Shown here: in pieces, positions 49,831 through 63,401 of the stretch | How the letters are laid out: every line of letters begins with the position of its first letter | How positions within the stretch are numbered: position 1 is the first letter of the stretch | DNA from: Podarcis gaigeae | Taxonomy: Eukaryota | NCBI GenBank assembly: GCA_964106915.2 | Contig: OZ066917.1 | Reading direction: 5' to 3' (one strand) | DNA length: 64,000 nucleotides | Notes under the pieces: model-generated | What the model saw: only the letters and a program-made list of their open reading frames with translations | Told to the model about the DNA's origin: nothing | Database searches by the model: none | Position numbers and translations under genes: made by a program

Positions 49831-50521
49831 GAGCTTTTAATACATTGTGTTTTAATGCCCTAACCCGCCTTAACAGTGAAAGGCAGGTAATTAATAATAA
49901 TAGTAATAATCATCTCTAGTAAGTATGACCAACAGGCAGGAATTTGTAGTCATACTTACCCAATGGTAAGGCTTGGTGTCTCTCTCTGTGTGTGTGGGCG
50001 CACACACACTAAACAGTGTCATCGTGTGTCATAACTTACAAGGTATGACTCCCAGAGGACAATACTGTAGCTTGAAGGGAACACACACACAAGAAAGCTC
50101 AGAAAGACTGATCCAAACAGGAATGGGGATGAAGCTATCTCACCCATTACCAGTGCTTTTTTTCTGGGGGGTACGCATACCCCTAAACATTTTGTGAATC
50201 TAAGTTTGGCCCCATTGAGGGGCAGTATTTCAATATACATTTTTTTTAGAATAAAAGCACTGCCCATCACGATGACAAAAGCCAATCCTCACCATTGCCA
50301 CACTTCACAAAGCTGTGCATAGGAATGAGAGAGGAGTTCTGTTCCATAACTGTTCAGAGATTCCTGCACAACCAGGGTCCTATGTGACACCAAGAGTGAG
50401 ACAAGTGGTTGTGGCTTGGGAAAACCACTTTGTGAGCCAAATTAGGATCCCTGATGGGTGTAATTAGGACTGGGCTGGAGGTTCCTAACTCCTGATTTAA
50501 TATATGCAACATTTGTACAGT

Positions 50522-50868
50522 TGGTGGCGCTGTGGGTTAAACCACAGAGCCTAGGACTTGCTGATCAGAAGGTTGGCGGTTCAAATCCCTGTGACGGGGT
50601 GAGCTCCCGTTGCTTGGTCCCTGCTCCTGCCAACCTAGCAGTTCGAAAGCACGTCAAAGTGCAAGTAGATAAATAGGTACCGCTCCGGCGGGCAGGTAAA
50701 CAGCGTTTCTGTGCGCTGCTCTGGTTCACCAGAAGCGGCTTAGTCATGCTCGCCACATGACCCAGAAGCTGTACGCTGGCTCCCTCGGCCAGTAAAGCAA
50801 GATGAGCGCCACAACCCCAGAGTTGTCCACGACTGGACCTAATGGTCAGGGGTCCCTTTACCTTACCT
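50522..50868 (+). mobile_element. Sauria SINE
   Basis: Same head, core and tail as the other copies. Confidence 0.9.
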
Positions 50869-50967
50869 AAACTGCTCTTGGGGTGATATTCTCTGATGAA
50901 CTAGAAAATTAACCTATGGCTAATTTCATGTGTATAATGAGGAGGGGGAGAAAAGGAAGCACACACA

Positions 50968-51001
<34 letters not shown>

Positions 51002-51922
51002 AACAGAGAAGGGGCACATCATCCATTCTTGGTTCTGACTCCACCCACTACCAGCATATGCCCCTTGACAGATTAACCCCCAAGGGACTGTGGACCTACC
51101 CACTCCTGTTTTAGTCTAGTTAGTGAGTTTATGTTTGCTTTGGTGCATTTTGTAGCCTTGGCATGCCTTGGTATGTTGTGAGCTGCCTTTTGAATGCTTA
51201 TCCTCAAAGCCAGTGTAATTTATAAATAAATAAATAGGAATACTCTGTACACGCTGGCAATCTTTGCATCCTTGGGTAAAATACATATATAATATTGCTT
51301 GATCACCCCATTAGTTTTGAACCTTGAATGCTGGTGGGAGGATGAGAGTTTCAATCCAACAGCTAAGTTGGAGAAGGCAGACCTGCTGCATAAGTAAGCA
51401 CATTTGTTGAGAGTCCTACTGACCTAAAGCTGAATGTTTGTATATTTCTGATGATGTTTTCATTGCTGCTGACATTTCAAGCTAATACAGACAGCATTTG
51501 CTTGCAGCCGAATGGTCTCCAAGCAATTACAGAAGTGGAATTGCATGCAAACTGAAAAGAAATCTTTGATCTCTACAGGCCTGGCAGCCGCTCTGCTTTC
51601 TTTAATAGAGTATTGAACAAAGTCTATCATTACGGTCTTGTTTTAATTGGTTCTATAGTTCCCTTCAACCCTCTTCAGCCTGATAGTCAGGAGGCAGTAT
51701 AACATCAAGGAACTGGAGAGTTGGCTTTCACAGAATGTTAATAGCTCTATTTTAAAACAAAAGGGGGAGGGACTAATGACCCCCAAAACGCCTTCATTTA
51801 ATAGTCCTGAGTTTAGGAGATAATTATTTACAACAAGCTATCATAAGAATTGTCTCCTGGACAAACAGACTCAGGAGTGTAACAAAAAGACTCATATTTA
51901 ATGCAGAATATCATTCTGGATA

Positions 51923-52273
51923 AGGAATGTGGGTGGCACTGTGGGTTAAACCACAGAGCCTAGGGCTTGCCAATCAGAAGGTCAGCGGTTCGAATCCCCG
52001 CAACGGGGTGAGCTCCCGTTGTTCGGTCCCTGCTCCTGCCTACCTAGCAGTTCGAAAGCACATCAAAGTGCAAGTAGATAAATAGGTACTGCTCCAGCGG
52101 GAAGGTAAATGGTGTTTCCGTGTGCTGCTCTGGTTCACCAAAAGTGGCTTAGTCATGCTGGCCACATGACCCGGAACTTCTACGCTGGCTCCCTTGGCTA
52201 GTAAAGCGAGATGAGCGCCGCAACCCCAGAGTTGTCTGCGAATGGAGTTAACAGTCAGGGGTCCCCTTTACCT
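51923..52273 (+). mobile_element. Sauria SINE
   Basis: Same head, core and tail. Apparent TSD tatcattctg. Confidence 0.9.
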
Positions 52274-53969
52274 ATCATTCTGTATTTATAACTGCAGTAC
52301 TGTAGGGAGGGAACAGGGAGAGAAGAGAGAGTAATGAAGGAAAGAAGCAGAAAAGAAAGAATGAAAAAACTGTTAAGGAAACCATTTCGTCTATGTTCAA
52401 GCATTCTGTGTTCTCTTTACCAGGAAATCAGCTATGAAAAAATGGGGTCTCTTTATTGTTTTCAGACAACTGGTGAGAAGTAGGCTTACATCAAAAGTGC
52501 AGATTGTGGTTTCTTTTATTAAAGGAAAACAACTGACAAAAATGAGACATTTATGCCTACATTTACTCCAGCTCCAATTACTTAATCTGTGTTCCAAAAG
52601 TAAAAAAGAATTACACCTTTCAAATACATGCCTCGTTCTAAACTTCAAAACCATCTTTCCTTGGAACAAGAAATACTTAAACAGAATCTTAAGCTGTTTG
52701 AGACACAACCAGGCTATTGTCAGTTTCCCTTTGATGTTCTAAAGGTTTATTTTTAAGACATCACCAGCTTAAGCTAACTGACATGTTTCCGCCTTCAAAC
52801 AGCCATGTTAGTTCTCCATCGTTCAGCAGAAAATTCAGATACTGGTTTGGGATTTTAGCCCATTCCCCACTTCCTCCAAAACTCCAGGAAGCCTTGATTA
52901 TTTGCAATGAGTTTCTGCTGGTAGAGTGGAAGGACATGCACACTAAGTGATCTTCCTTGTCACTACATTTCTACTTGCGGTTTTTGAACTTCCTGGGAGC
53001 TATCATTTCTGCCTTGCAACTCCAGTCCAATGTGACTGGGTCATGGCATCCAACTTCTCCACATCATGGCTGCAACACTGCTTTTGCAGAAGGGGTTTAG
53101 CTCAGTGGAAGAGCTTCTGCTTTGCATGCGGAATGCCCCAAGCTTGATTCCCAGCATCTCCAGGAGGGCAAGGAAATACTCCTGCCTAAAACCCTTCAGA
53201 ACTGCTGCTGGTCAGTATAGACATTGCTGAACAAGATGGTACTAGCAAAGTGGTACATACTCCAGCTCTGCTTCATGCCTTTGAGTCTGTGGTGTGCCTC
53301 AATAGTAGGCTATTCTGTCCACATTGCTCTTTAGCATCTACATGAAACTGCTGGGAGAAGTCATCTGGAGGTTTGGGTTTCAGCCTCACCAATATGCAGA
53401 CAATGCCCATTCCTGCCTCTCATTTCATTCGCAATGCATGGAGATGCTGTGAAACCCCTGAACAGGCGCATTGACATAGTTTTGGAGCAGATGAGGGTGA
53501 GCAATAGCCATTCCAAAATCCATCTTATAAAAGACCCTGTACAAAGGGGAGAGAGTTCCACAGTCTGGGAGCCAGTGCAGAAAAGGCCCTGTCTCTTGTG
53601 CCCTGAAACTGGATTGATTTCACAGGTGGGGGCACATGAGCAGGGCCTCTGAGGCAGGTGCTTCAAATAGCCCAGTCCCCACCTGTTTGCATAGGCCCTT
53701 AAATGTTGAAAGCAGCACTTCAAAATGTACCTGGTAATGATGAGTTCACCTGGTGTGGAATTGCTCCCACCAGCAACCAAGCAGCACCATTCTACACATT
53801 CAAAGGCAGCTCTATGTGCAGTGCATTAAAGTAAGTCTAACTTGGATTTGACTGGATGTGCATGGTTTATTGACCCATGGTTGAGCTGACTATAGCTGAT
53901 AAATCAGCTATGTATGGGCAATTCTATCCATTTTGGTTTCTTTTATAAGGCACAATTATGCCTAATATA

Positions 53970-54210
53970 CAGTGGTACCTCAGTTAAAGAACAGTCCAGT
54001 TTAAGAACGATTCGGTTTACAAACTCCGCAAAACTGGAAATAGTGTCCCGGTTTGATAACTTTACCTTGGTCTAAGAACGGAATCCGAACAGTGGAAGGG
54101 CACTGGCAGCGGGAGGCCTAATTAGGGAAAGCGCACCACAGTTTAAGAATGCTTTTGGTTTAAGAATGGACTTCCAGAATGTATTAAGTTCGTAAACTAA
54201 GGTACCACTG
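53970..54210. mobile_element. Tc1/mariner MITE (related subfamily)
   Basis: cagtggtacctcag...taaggtaccactg, TA flanks. Confidence 0.82.
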
Positions 54211-54270
54211 TACATGATTGCAAAGCGATTTCCCCAATATAATGCATTTTGTATGTTATTGTTACTAATA

Positions 54271-54350
54271 CAGGGTGAGTCTTTTAAAAGAGGCCCCATG
54301 GAACATATATACTCTCTATCCATGGGGCCTCTTTTAAAGGACCCACCCTG
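54271..54350. mobile_element. 80-bp hairpin MITE with Tc1/mariner-type ends
   Basis: cagggtgagtcttttaaaagaggccccatgga / tccatggggcctcttttaaaggacccaccctg, TA on both sides. Confidence 0.8.
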
Positions 54351-55377
54351 TATAAACATTTGTATACACACTAGGTGTAAGGAATGGCATTACAAAATTT
54401 GGGGAAGTATGAATTTTTGAAGGGTGGGTGTGTTTCAGTTTAAGTGTTGTTTCAGAAACTGCACATTTTGGTATGTTTGCCTTTAAATCCAAATTGAATA
54501 AAGTTTTTTTTTTGCCATCCCTAGTGCAGCCTAGACTGCTAAAAGGAATTCCTAGCCACAGTTTCTAGCAGCACTTCCACAGATAGAATGATTGACTGTT
54601 AAACCACTCAGAACTGTAGCTCTGTGAAGGGAACAGGGGTCTTAATAAACTACAGTTCCCAATATTCGGGGGGGGGGGTGGCAGTTTAAAGTGGCATGAT
54701 GCTGCTTTAAATGTATAGTGCAGATGAGGCCTGAGCAGGACCAGCACCAATTGTAGCCCTATATTTTCCTCGTACAGTCATGATGAACCCTACTATGCTG
54801 CTGTTTTCTTATCTCTGCTTGATAAAGAAGCATTTGCTCTGCTTTCCTTCTTAGTTGTTCTCATTTCTGATAACAAACCTGGAAACCAAGCTCACATGAT
54901 TTCATTAACTATTTCTTCTCCTATTCTCTTTTTGTTAATGTCTGCACATGAACACACCTCTGCTCGTCTTCCTTGCTTTTGGATTTTTTCTGCCTGTTTC
55001 TTTATTTGTTCATTGTATTAATTTCCATCCTGCACCATATGCCCTCCCGGGATAGACTGCAAGTTTTAAAAGAAAGAAAGAGAAGAGCAACAAAAGTCGC
55101 TAGAAAATCATAAAATAATGCACCGCAGTAAAATAGTAGATAAGGCACAATGGATTATAAATGCACACACAGCTGATAAGACGCAGCTTTCAAAATGGCT
55201 TTAAAGGTGTTTTTTTTAAATAAAAAAATATTAGGATAATAATGTGCTTTCCACAGGGAATCTGAATAGAACTTTTAAATGTTAAGATTTTAAACTTAGT
55301 ATGCAGGCTTTATCTTATATCTGAACAAATGGGACACAGAGATTAATGTTTCTCTATAAAGTACAGAGCATTTTCCC

Positions 55378-56111
55378 TTGGTCAGACCACACCTGGAATA
55401 ATACTGTGTCCAATTTTGGGTACAGTGGTACCTCTGGTTAAGAACTTAATTCGTTCTGGAGGTCCATTCTTAACCTGAAACCATGCTTAACCTGAGGTAC
55501 CACTTTAGCTAATGGGCCTCCCACTGCTGCCGCGCGATTTCTGTTCCCATCCTGAGGTAAAGTTCTTAACCCAAGGTACTGCTTCGAGGTTAGCGGAGTC
55601 TGTAACCTGAAGTGTTTGTAACGTGAAGAGTTTGTAACCCGAGGTACCATTGTACCACAATTTAGGAAGATTGTTGAAAAGCTTGAGTGTGTGCAGAGGA
55701 GGGTAACCAAGATTATAAAGTGTCTGGAAACCAAACCTTATGAGGAACGGTTGAAGGAGTTAGGAATGTTTAGGCTGGAAAAGAGGAGACTGAGGAGATA
55801 TGATAGCCACCTTCAGATATCTAAAGGACTGTCACTTGAAGTGGCACAAGCTTGCTTCCCCTTCTCCAGAGCCTAGGATCCAAATCAGTGGTTATAAGAA
55901 AGGAGATGATAAGTAAATATTAGAAAGAACTTTCTGGCAGTAAGAGCTTTTTGATAGTGAAACAGACTCCATCGGAAGGTGGTGAATTCCCCTTTCTTGG
56001 AGGCTTTTAAGCAGAGGCTGGATGGTCATCTGTTGTGGATGGTTTAACTGAGATTTGTTGGACAAGTTGACCCCCTGGGGTCCCTACCAACTCTACAATC
56101 TATGATTCTAT
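55378..56111 (+). mobile_element. CR1 LINE 3' fragment
   Basis: [34 protein letters not shown], with (attctatg) tail. Confidence 0.85.
55423..55652. mobile_element. Tc1/mariner MITE nested in CR1
   Basis: Same TIRs and TA flanks. CR1 (..caattttgggta|ccacaattta..) resumes after it. Confidence 0.85.
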
Positions 56112-56914
56112 GAGTGGTTCTGGATTAAAAGTATCCTGTTTTGGTCAACAGATGGCAGCATTGTCAGCATTAACTTGGTAGCTTGGCGGCTGTGTATCCT
56201 ACAAGACCTTTTGGGTTTTGTTGCTATGAGGAGAAACGTGTGCGTGCGTGTTTGTGTGTGTGTGTGTGTGCGGGCGCACACACACACACAAACACACACA
56301 CACACAAGTGTTCAGGAAAATAAAAGGAACAAATGTGGCTCAAACACCGTTGAAATGTTTTGCCTTATACGATTTCAGGGATAAGGCTCAAGGATCGGAA
56401 GAAAAATGTTTAAAAGGCTGAGCAGATTCTCAGCCGCGGAGGCTGACCCATTAGTCTGAATGCAGCCACACCAAGCTCAGCTAGGCCTCAGCTAGGCCCC
56501 ATCCGCCTGCCTTGTTATGGGTGGAGCTGCCTGTCAGATTCTTCCTCCTCCTCCTCCTCCTCTTCCTCTTCAGTCTCAGTCTCACCTTTGTGGAACTCAA
56601 CAGGAACAACGCCAGAATTAGTTGGCTTTCCTTCTCATTGGTCTCTGCCTTCACCAGCCACTATAGCCCCTCAGAAGGGATTTGTGAGGCTGAAGGGTGA
56701 GAATGAAACTTCTTGAGTTGGGTGATGCATTGCCTGAACGGTGCTTCCTACCCTATGCTAAAACTTGAAGGGAGGATTCCAGGAGTCAGAAGCGGCATTC
56801 AGCATTTTTTAAAAAAAGGATTGCGTTGGTAGGATTACTTCCAAGCAGAACTCTGTTTGGAAAAAGGGCTGTGTGTAGAAAAGGGGCTACGTAAAAGTCC
56901 TTGAGAGGAAAAAG

Positions 56915-57110
56915 CCATCATAGTTGAGTAGCAAAACATCTGCTGTGCATGCAGAAGGGTCTAAGTTCTACCCCCAACATCACCCGGTAGCATCAGAAGA
57001 GAACTGTGTCTGAAATCCCGGAGGGCTACTACCAGTCAGTGTAGACAATATTGAGGTAGATGGACCCAAGGGTCTGACTTTGTATAAGGCAGCTTCCTAG
57101 GTTTCTAAGC
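56915..57110 (+). mobile_element. Old tRNA-headed SINE (related copies at ~53092-53240 + and ~14960-15047 -)
   Basis: gcatgcagaagg...ccagtcagtgtagacaata...gatggacc...ataaggcagcttccta. Confidence 0.55.
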
Positions 57111-57271
57111 ACATCATATACTTTCAGCAATTCTGGCAACAGCCTAGTAATAGCCCATTGTTAGTCATGTATTATAGACATCAAAACATGGTGGGACATG
57201 ATGAGCTGAGCTGAAATATGTATCTGGGGTTTCAAGTAGCAATTTGTTCTCATCTCTCAGGTTACTCTCTC

Positions 57272-57518
57272 TGTTATGTACTGAAGTCCTCACCCTGGGC
57301 CAGCAGGGGGATACTGTAGATAGTTATGCAAATGAAGGATCGAAAGTGATGTTCAGTGATTGGATAGTTTTAGAAAGTTGTCACAGTAACGTTGTACTGG
57401 AGCTCTATATAAGCAGGCTAACTGAACCCTTCAGTTCAGTTCAGTTCTGGCCTGTGAATAAACAAGAGCTGTTTGAAGAATCGCTGTGTCGTTTGATATG
57501 TTCGCCCACAACTTAACA
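57272..57518 (+). mobile_element. Solo LTR (247 bp)
   Basis: TGTTA...TAACA ends, 5-bp TSD ctctc, TATATAA (~57406) and AATAAA (~57457). Confidence 0.85.
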
Positions 57519-60500
57519 CTCTCGGCCATCCTCTCTCCCAGCCTGGTGCTGTCCAGATGTTTTGGACTACAACTCCCATTAGCTACAACCTGCTAGCTCT
57601 CACACAGTTGTTCAATAAAAACTACATAATTTCAAAGCCAAGACTAGGCTCTCTATATTTGGGTGCTATTTCAAAGCCAATACACCCACACCCACATTTT
57701 TGACATTGTGAGCTACGGTCATCCATCAGCTAAACACAAGCCGCTGTTAGACGCACCAGAAAAATACGCAGACAAAGCAAATGACATTTACAGACACACA
57801 CAAACATGTTTACTGTGGTAAAAGAGAATAACCTTGCAATAAATGCATTATGCATGTTCACAAATTTCAATCAATTTGCCTATTTTGAATGTCAATGGTT
57901 GCTCTGCTTTGCTTAATGTTAAAACTATTGATTGGGCTGATTTGCCCTGAGCAGTTATGCCAGTAGTATAGCTTCAACCAGAGTGTTCCTTCAGTTTATA
58001 GGTTTTGGTTGATATGCTGATGATTTGTCACACGGACCCTGACTCTCATATCACGGGAACTAGTGTAACAGCTGGCCACAATTAGTGTGACCATCTACTT
58101 TCCCTGACATTTTAAAGTACTGAGAGTGGAAATTGCAGGTGGGATTTTTTTAATGTCACTCAGAGTCTGGATAAGATGTGAGAGGCAGAGAAGACAGCTT
58201 CAGTGCTGAATTTGCAAACTAAAAATGCCAGACCAAAACTTTACTGAAATTCAAAACCTTTGCAGTTAGGGCCCTTTCTACTTCTTCTAAATGGCACATG
58301 AGTACGTGTTTGGGGCCAATTATTGGTAGTCTGCCCCAGAGCTGAATTGTTGCATTCTCAGGAAGCTTCTCCTCAAGCACAGGAGTGGAAAATCTGTGGC
58401 CTTCCAGATGTGGTTGGACCCTTCTCTCAACATCAACCCCATACAGCCTGGCCAATCGTCAAGGATGAAGGGAGTTGCAGTCCAACAACAGCTTTATGAA
58501 CAGATTCCCTATCCCTGCTCTATTGAGTGGCAATCACTGATATTGGAAATAACAACTTAAATGGGCTGTTACCTGCGTATTTTCCTAACGTTTCTGAACT
58601 CTTGAAGATTGCAATATACATTAAAACAAAAATAGGAATGTAAAAGCTTGCTGGATCAGGCCAATGGCCCCTCTAGTCCAGTATCCTGTTCTCAAAGTGG
58701 TCAACCAGATGTCTGTGGAAAACTCACACTAAGGATCTGAGCCCAAGAGCAGTCTCCCCTCCTGTGGTCTCCAGCAACTAGTATTCAGAAGCATTGCTGC
58801 CTCCAGACTGAGATTCTCTGGGTTCTCTGAAAGGATTGAAACCACCTTTCCTGTTTAACAAACTCAAACTAGAAGATGTTGCTGAGTTTCAGAAGTGGCA
58901 CACCATGGGACAGAGTAGCTGTGCTAGCTGGGCAGCAGGTGGTTTGCTGCTGTTGTTGGGCAAGGCAGTGGGGTGGTTGTCATGGTGCAGACTCACTAGT
59001 GGAACCAATCCAGTGCTTCTGCCAATGTGTTTGCACCATGCCAACCTCTCTCTCCTTATAAGCAACCCACCCACCAGGAAGCTAGTATAATAGCTCTACC
59101 TCACCCAGCAAGACACTTCTGCTAAACTTTGCAATTCCTTGGCTTGCAGCACTTAGGGTGAGGCTCTTATTTGGCTTGGATTAAACTATTTCCTCTTCTC
59201 CCTCCTATTCATCAACCCACATACCTGGCAGTGTTTTGTCCCAAGTTGGGTCTCAGCTAGATGGTGATTCAGCTCAAGAAGGGGGTTCTAGACAAGAATT
59301 TGGGTTCTACCAAAGCAAAGTCACACAACAGAAAGCTCAGCTTCTGGGAAGGCAAACTTCAGGTTCTAGTAAGGCAAAATCAAGGAAGGCAAAGCTCAAG
59401 TTCCAAGTTGAACCCTAGTTTGCTCTGGAGATTCATGCCAGCAGGTTCAAATGTTTATTCCATAACACGACAGCTTCAGGTGGATACCAGAATAAGCCTT
59501 CAGTTTGTTCTAGGTGCCTAGCCCTGCTTCTGTTGGGAGAAGACTTGCGGCTTCACCACAATTGGCTCTAACAGTGCTGTGGAGATCATGTCTTCTGGGC
59601 CAGAGTAGTTGGACCCAGAGGATAGCAGCACGACTTTTTCAGGCTCAGGAAGTGGTAGCAAGATGGGCTTATGACGAAGAGGGGGTTCTGAGAAAGTGGA
59701 GTCATCTGGGATTGGTGCAAAGGGCAACGCCCCCCACCCGATGCTTCCTCCAAATCCTTGACCTCGTGATCCTCTGAGCAATGACAGGGTACTGTTCCAG
59801 CAGTGATGACTATCCCTTCCCCTTAGCACCGGGAATTCTGGAAATGGTTGAAGGGGGAAGGCAGAGACATGTGGCTTCCTCCCTTTCATCCCTTGCAATG
59901 TGGTCAAAGCAGCCATTTTAAAGGAGGGAAAGGGAGAGGACGCAGCACGGCCATTGCTACTGAAGGTTTGCCACTCAGCAATGGTGTAGTGGGAGAAGCC
60001 GCTGCCTGAAACATTACAGTGAGCTGCTGCCACTTAGCTGTACTGGGCTGGGCTAGATGGACCAATGGGGTTTGGAGGCTCGATTGATTGGTGTGGGTGT
60101 TTTTTGTTTAAAAAACCTAACCAAAACTTCTACAGCTCTTGAGGGGAAAAAAAGGCATTTTACCCAAGTGTCTCCACTTTGGCTTGCAATTACTAGTCCC
60201 AGTTGAAATCAAGCCTAAGCGAGCTTACCCATTTAGATACCAATTTGAAGGGGATCTACAAAACACAGAAGCGTGAAAACCAGAAAGCATGTTTTCTTTC
60301 TCAAGTACTTGAAATTAACTAGAAGTGACATGAGTTCCCAGAGCATTAATTAGATATTGCAGCAGCGTCCATCTCCTGCTAATTTGCATGATTGTTCAAG
60401 GTTTTAGCATTTTTATTTCCTGAGCTTTGATTTTTCTTTTTAAAAAACACAACCCACCCGTGTAACAATAATCCACAACAAAGAAAGAAAATGCCTTTGC

Positions 60501-60647
60501 TAAAGGCAGCAAATAAGTGTTCTTTTCATCACGCCAAAACTAAGTGTCAGCTCATTTTCTGAGTATAATTATGCTATAAGAAAATTGACTGGGTAGGGGA
60601 ATAAATATGCTAGTTCTTAGACCACCATTTGGGTAAGTGTCTTTATT

Positions 60648-61070
60648 ATAGAATCATAGAGTTGGAAGAGAACCTGAGGGTCATTTATCTCAGCCCCCTG
60701 CACTGCAGGAAGCTCAACTAAAGTCATGACAGGTGGCCATCCAATCTCTGCTTAAAAACCGCCAATGAAGGAGAATCTACAACATCCCGAGGGAGTCTGT
60801 TCCACTGTCAAACAGCTCTTACTGTCAGAAAGTGCTTCCTGGTGTTTAGTCAGAATCTGCTTTCCTGTAACTCGAAGCCATTGGTTCGAGTCCTACCCTC
60901 CAGAGCAGAAGAAAGCAAGCTTGCTGCATCCTCCATGTGACTTTAGATATTTGAAGATGACTATCATATTTCCTCTAAGTCTCTTCTTTTCCAGGCTAAG
61001 CATACACAGCTTCTTCAACTGTTCATCATAAAGCTTGGTTTCCAGACCCTTGATCATCTTGGTTGCCCTC
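60648..61070 (-). mobile_element. CR1 LINE 3' fragment
   Basis: RATKMIKGLETKLYDEQLKKLCMLSLEKKRLRG, with atagaatcatag tail. Confidence 0.82.
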
Positions 61071-63176
61071 ATATTTGTTTTCTCCCTTTGGTGAGCCATT
61101 CATGAGATGGGCTGTCCATCATTGCTTTTGAGGGTTTTGCAGTAGTGGGCCAAAAGCACAATCTTGCTATGGAGGTAGATGGTCATGGCCTGTTTGACAT
61201 GGGCTGACAACAGTAGGAGCCAGCATAGAAAAAATCTTTCTCAAAGGGTATGTGCCCAGATAAGATCTCAGGTAAGTCATCAAGATGAAAACAGATCACC
61301 TGTTGCATATAGTGTAAGGGAACTACTAGGTTGAGCACTCATCCTAATATTTTCATGGTTATATTGCCAGCTAGTAGAGGACATCCTGCATTTTCCTTTG
61401 CAATATCCTATCATTTATCAGACTTTTTGTAGCTTCTAGAAGACTGAAGCACAGCAATAACAACCAAATTGTGTGTGAATAAGTAATCCGGAAGTGTGCT
61501 ATGGGTGGTCAGATTTGTTCGTGAACCAGATGTGGCTTGTGATTTGTTGAAAAATTCTCTGAGAGCCATCTATTAATGAGAAAGAAATGTGTGTAAAATC
61601 ACAGTGATTGTGGCAGGAAGTAAAAGATTAGCTGCAAACGAATATGTGGACTTTCCCCCTCAGCGCCTACTGGTAAGGGGAGAGGAGCAGGAAGAGGTGG
61701 TTATTCTCAGAGTGGTTTAACAGTCAATCCCTCTCCTCAGAAAATTCTGGAGATTTTTGAACAATTTTCAGCACCCTTGGCAAACTGTACTTCCCAGGAT
61801 TCTTTGGAGGGAAGCCATGACTGTTTAAAGTGGCATGATACTACTTTAAATGTGTAGTCCAGATGGTTCTTATTTATTAAAATTTGTACATTGCTTGATT
61901 CAAATTTTGTTTTTCACAAAGTAGTTAAAACCCCCCACAAAGTGCTTAGAAAGTAGAGATTTTTCTATGCAATTGATAGGGTTATTAACTTCCATTCCCA
62001 TTGGGGGGTCTATGGTGCTGTCTTTAATAGATGCTTGCCTAATAAAGGAAATTTCAGTTGGCTTTTCAATGTGCACAAATGACTTAATAGCACTTAAATA
62101 AGAAGACTGTTGCTACTGTGTTGTTTGAAATGTTACTCATGAACTACGTTAACCTGTGCATTTAAAATATGCTTGCTGGCAACGTTATCCATTGTTTTAA
62201 AATAGATGAACTCTGCTTTTATTCCCTTCAAGCTTTCCCTGGCCTATGGAGGAAATGTTTTTGTTAGCAAATAAACTGTGGTTTGCTGACTTTTCTTTTG
62301 AGAATAATGTCAAGATGCCTTAAGAAAACAACAATTTGAGGAGAGGAAAAAAATGTCAGATGCCCTCCTTGGCAGAATCCTTGACCTCAAAAGCAACAAC
62401 ATCTCATGAATATTGGTTGCCTATAGCCAAAGTGGTTAAATGGAGCTCCTTGCTCTGCAGGCATTGTTCTCTAATTAACTTTCTGTTTAAGACCTGTTGT
62501 CTTCTGGATAGGCAGTTTTGCAGGTGATGGGTATGAAAGTGGTCCTTTCTCATAATGCCTAGGTGACCTTTGAACTCTTCCTTCTCCAATATTCTGTTCT
62601 AATCATATCTCCAGTCTTTAACATTTCTTGAGCTTTTAATATAAAACCAGGTGTCATAAGAATGAATTGCCATGGGGTATCTAAGATTTTAAACATTATC
62701 CTCAATCCATTTAACTTTTAATAGGCTTCAGTTTGAAGAAAAGTTTTATAAGGTGGTTTCCTTTATGCAGGCCAATCTTAGACGAGAGGGAGAGAAAGAA
62801 CACTAGCAGCTTCACATTTGAATTAAGTATTATCTCAGGTGGATACTATCCAGACCCAGTGATTTGTTTCATATTTAATTTGTTAATGAAATTTAGAACT
62901 TAATCTCTTGCCACAACTGTTCCCCCCAGTCCAGCTACCCCTCTGTTTCCTACTTCTATTTTCCTACATCTGTTTCCTACTTCTGTTATATCTATGGATG
63001 TTGTTGTTAAAACATGCTTTTGGTGATGTGTTCCTCAAATTTCTTTCTTGCTGTCCTCATTTAGGCAAGACCTTCATTTTTTAAAGGAAGACCTTTTGCC
63101 TCCAATAGCTTCCTTGACTCTATTAATAATGCTAACATTCTCTCAGATTTGGTGGTACCAGTCCTAATTTGAGATA

Positions 63177-63401
63177 CAGTGGTACCTCGGGTTAAGAACT
63201 TAATTCCTTCTGGAGGTCTGTTCTTAACCTGAAGCACCACTTTAGCTAATGGGGTCTCCCGCTGCCACCGCGCCGCAGGAACACGATTTCTGTTCTCACC
63301 CTGAAGCAAAGTTCTTAACCCGAGGTACTACGTCTGGGTTAGCGGAGTCTGTAACCTGAAACGTTTGTAACCTGAAGCGTATGTAACCCGAGGTACCACT
63401 G
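63177..63401. mobile_element. Tc1/mariner MITE
   Basis: Perfect TIRs, TA flanks. Confidence 0.87.
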
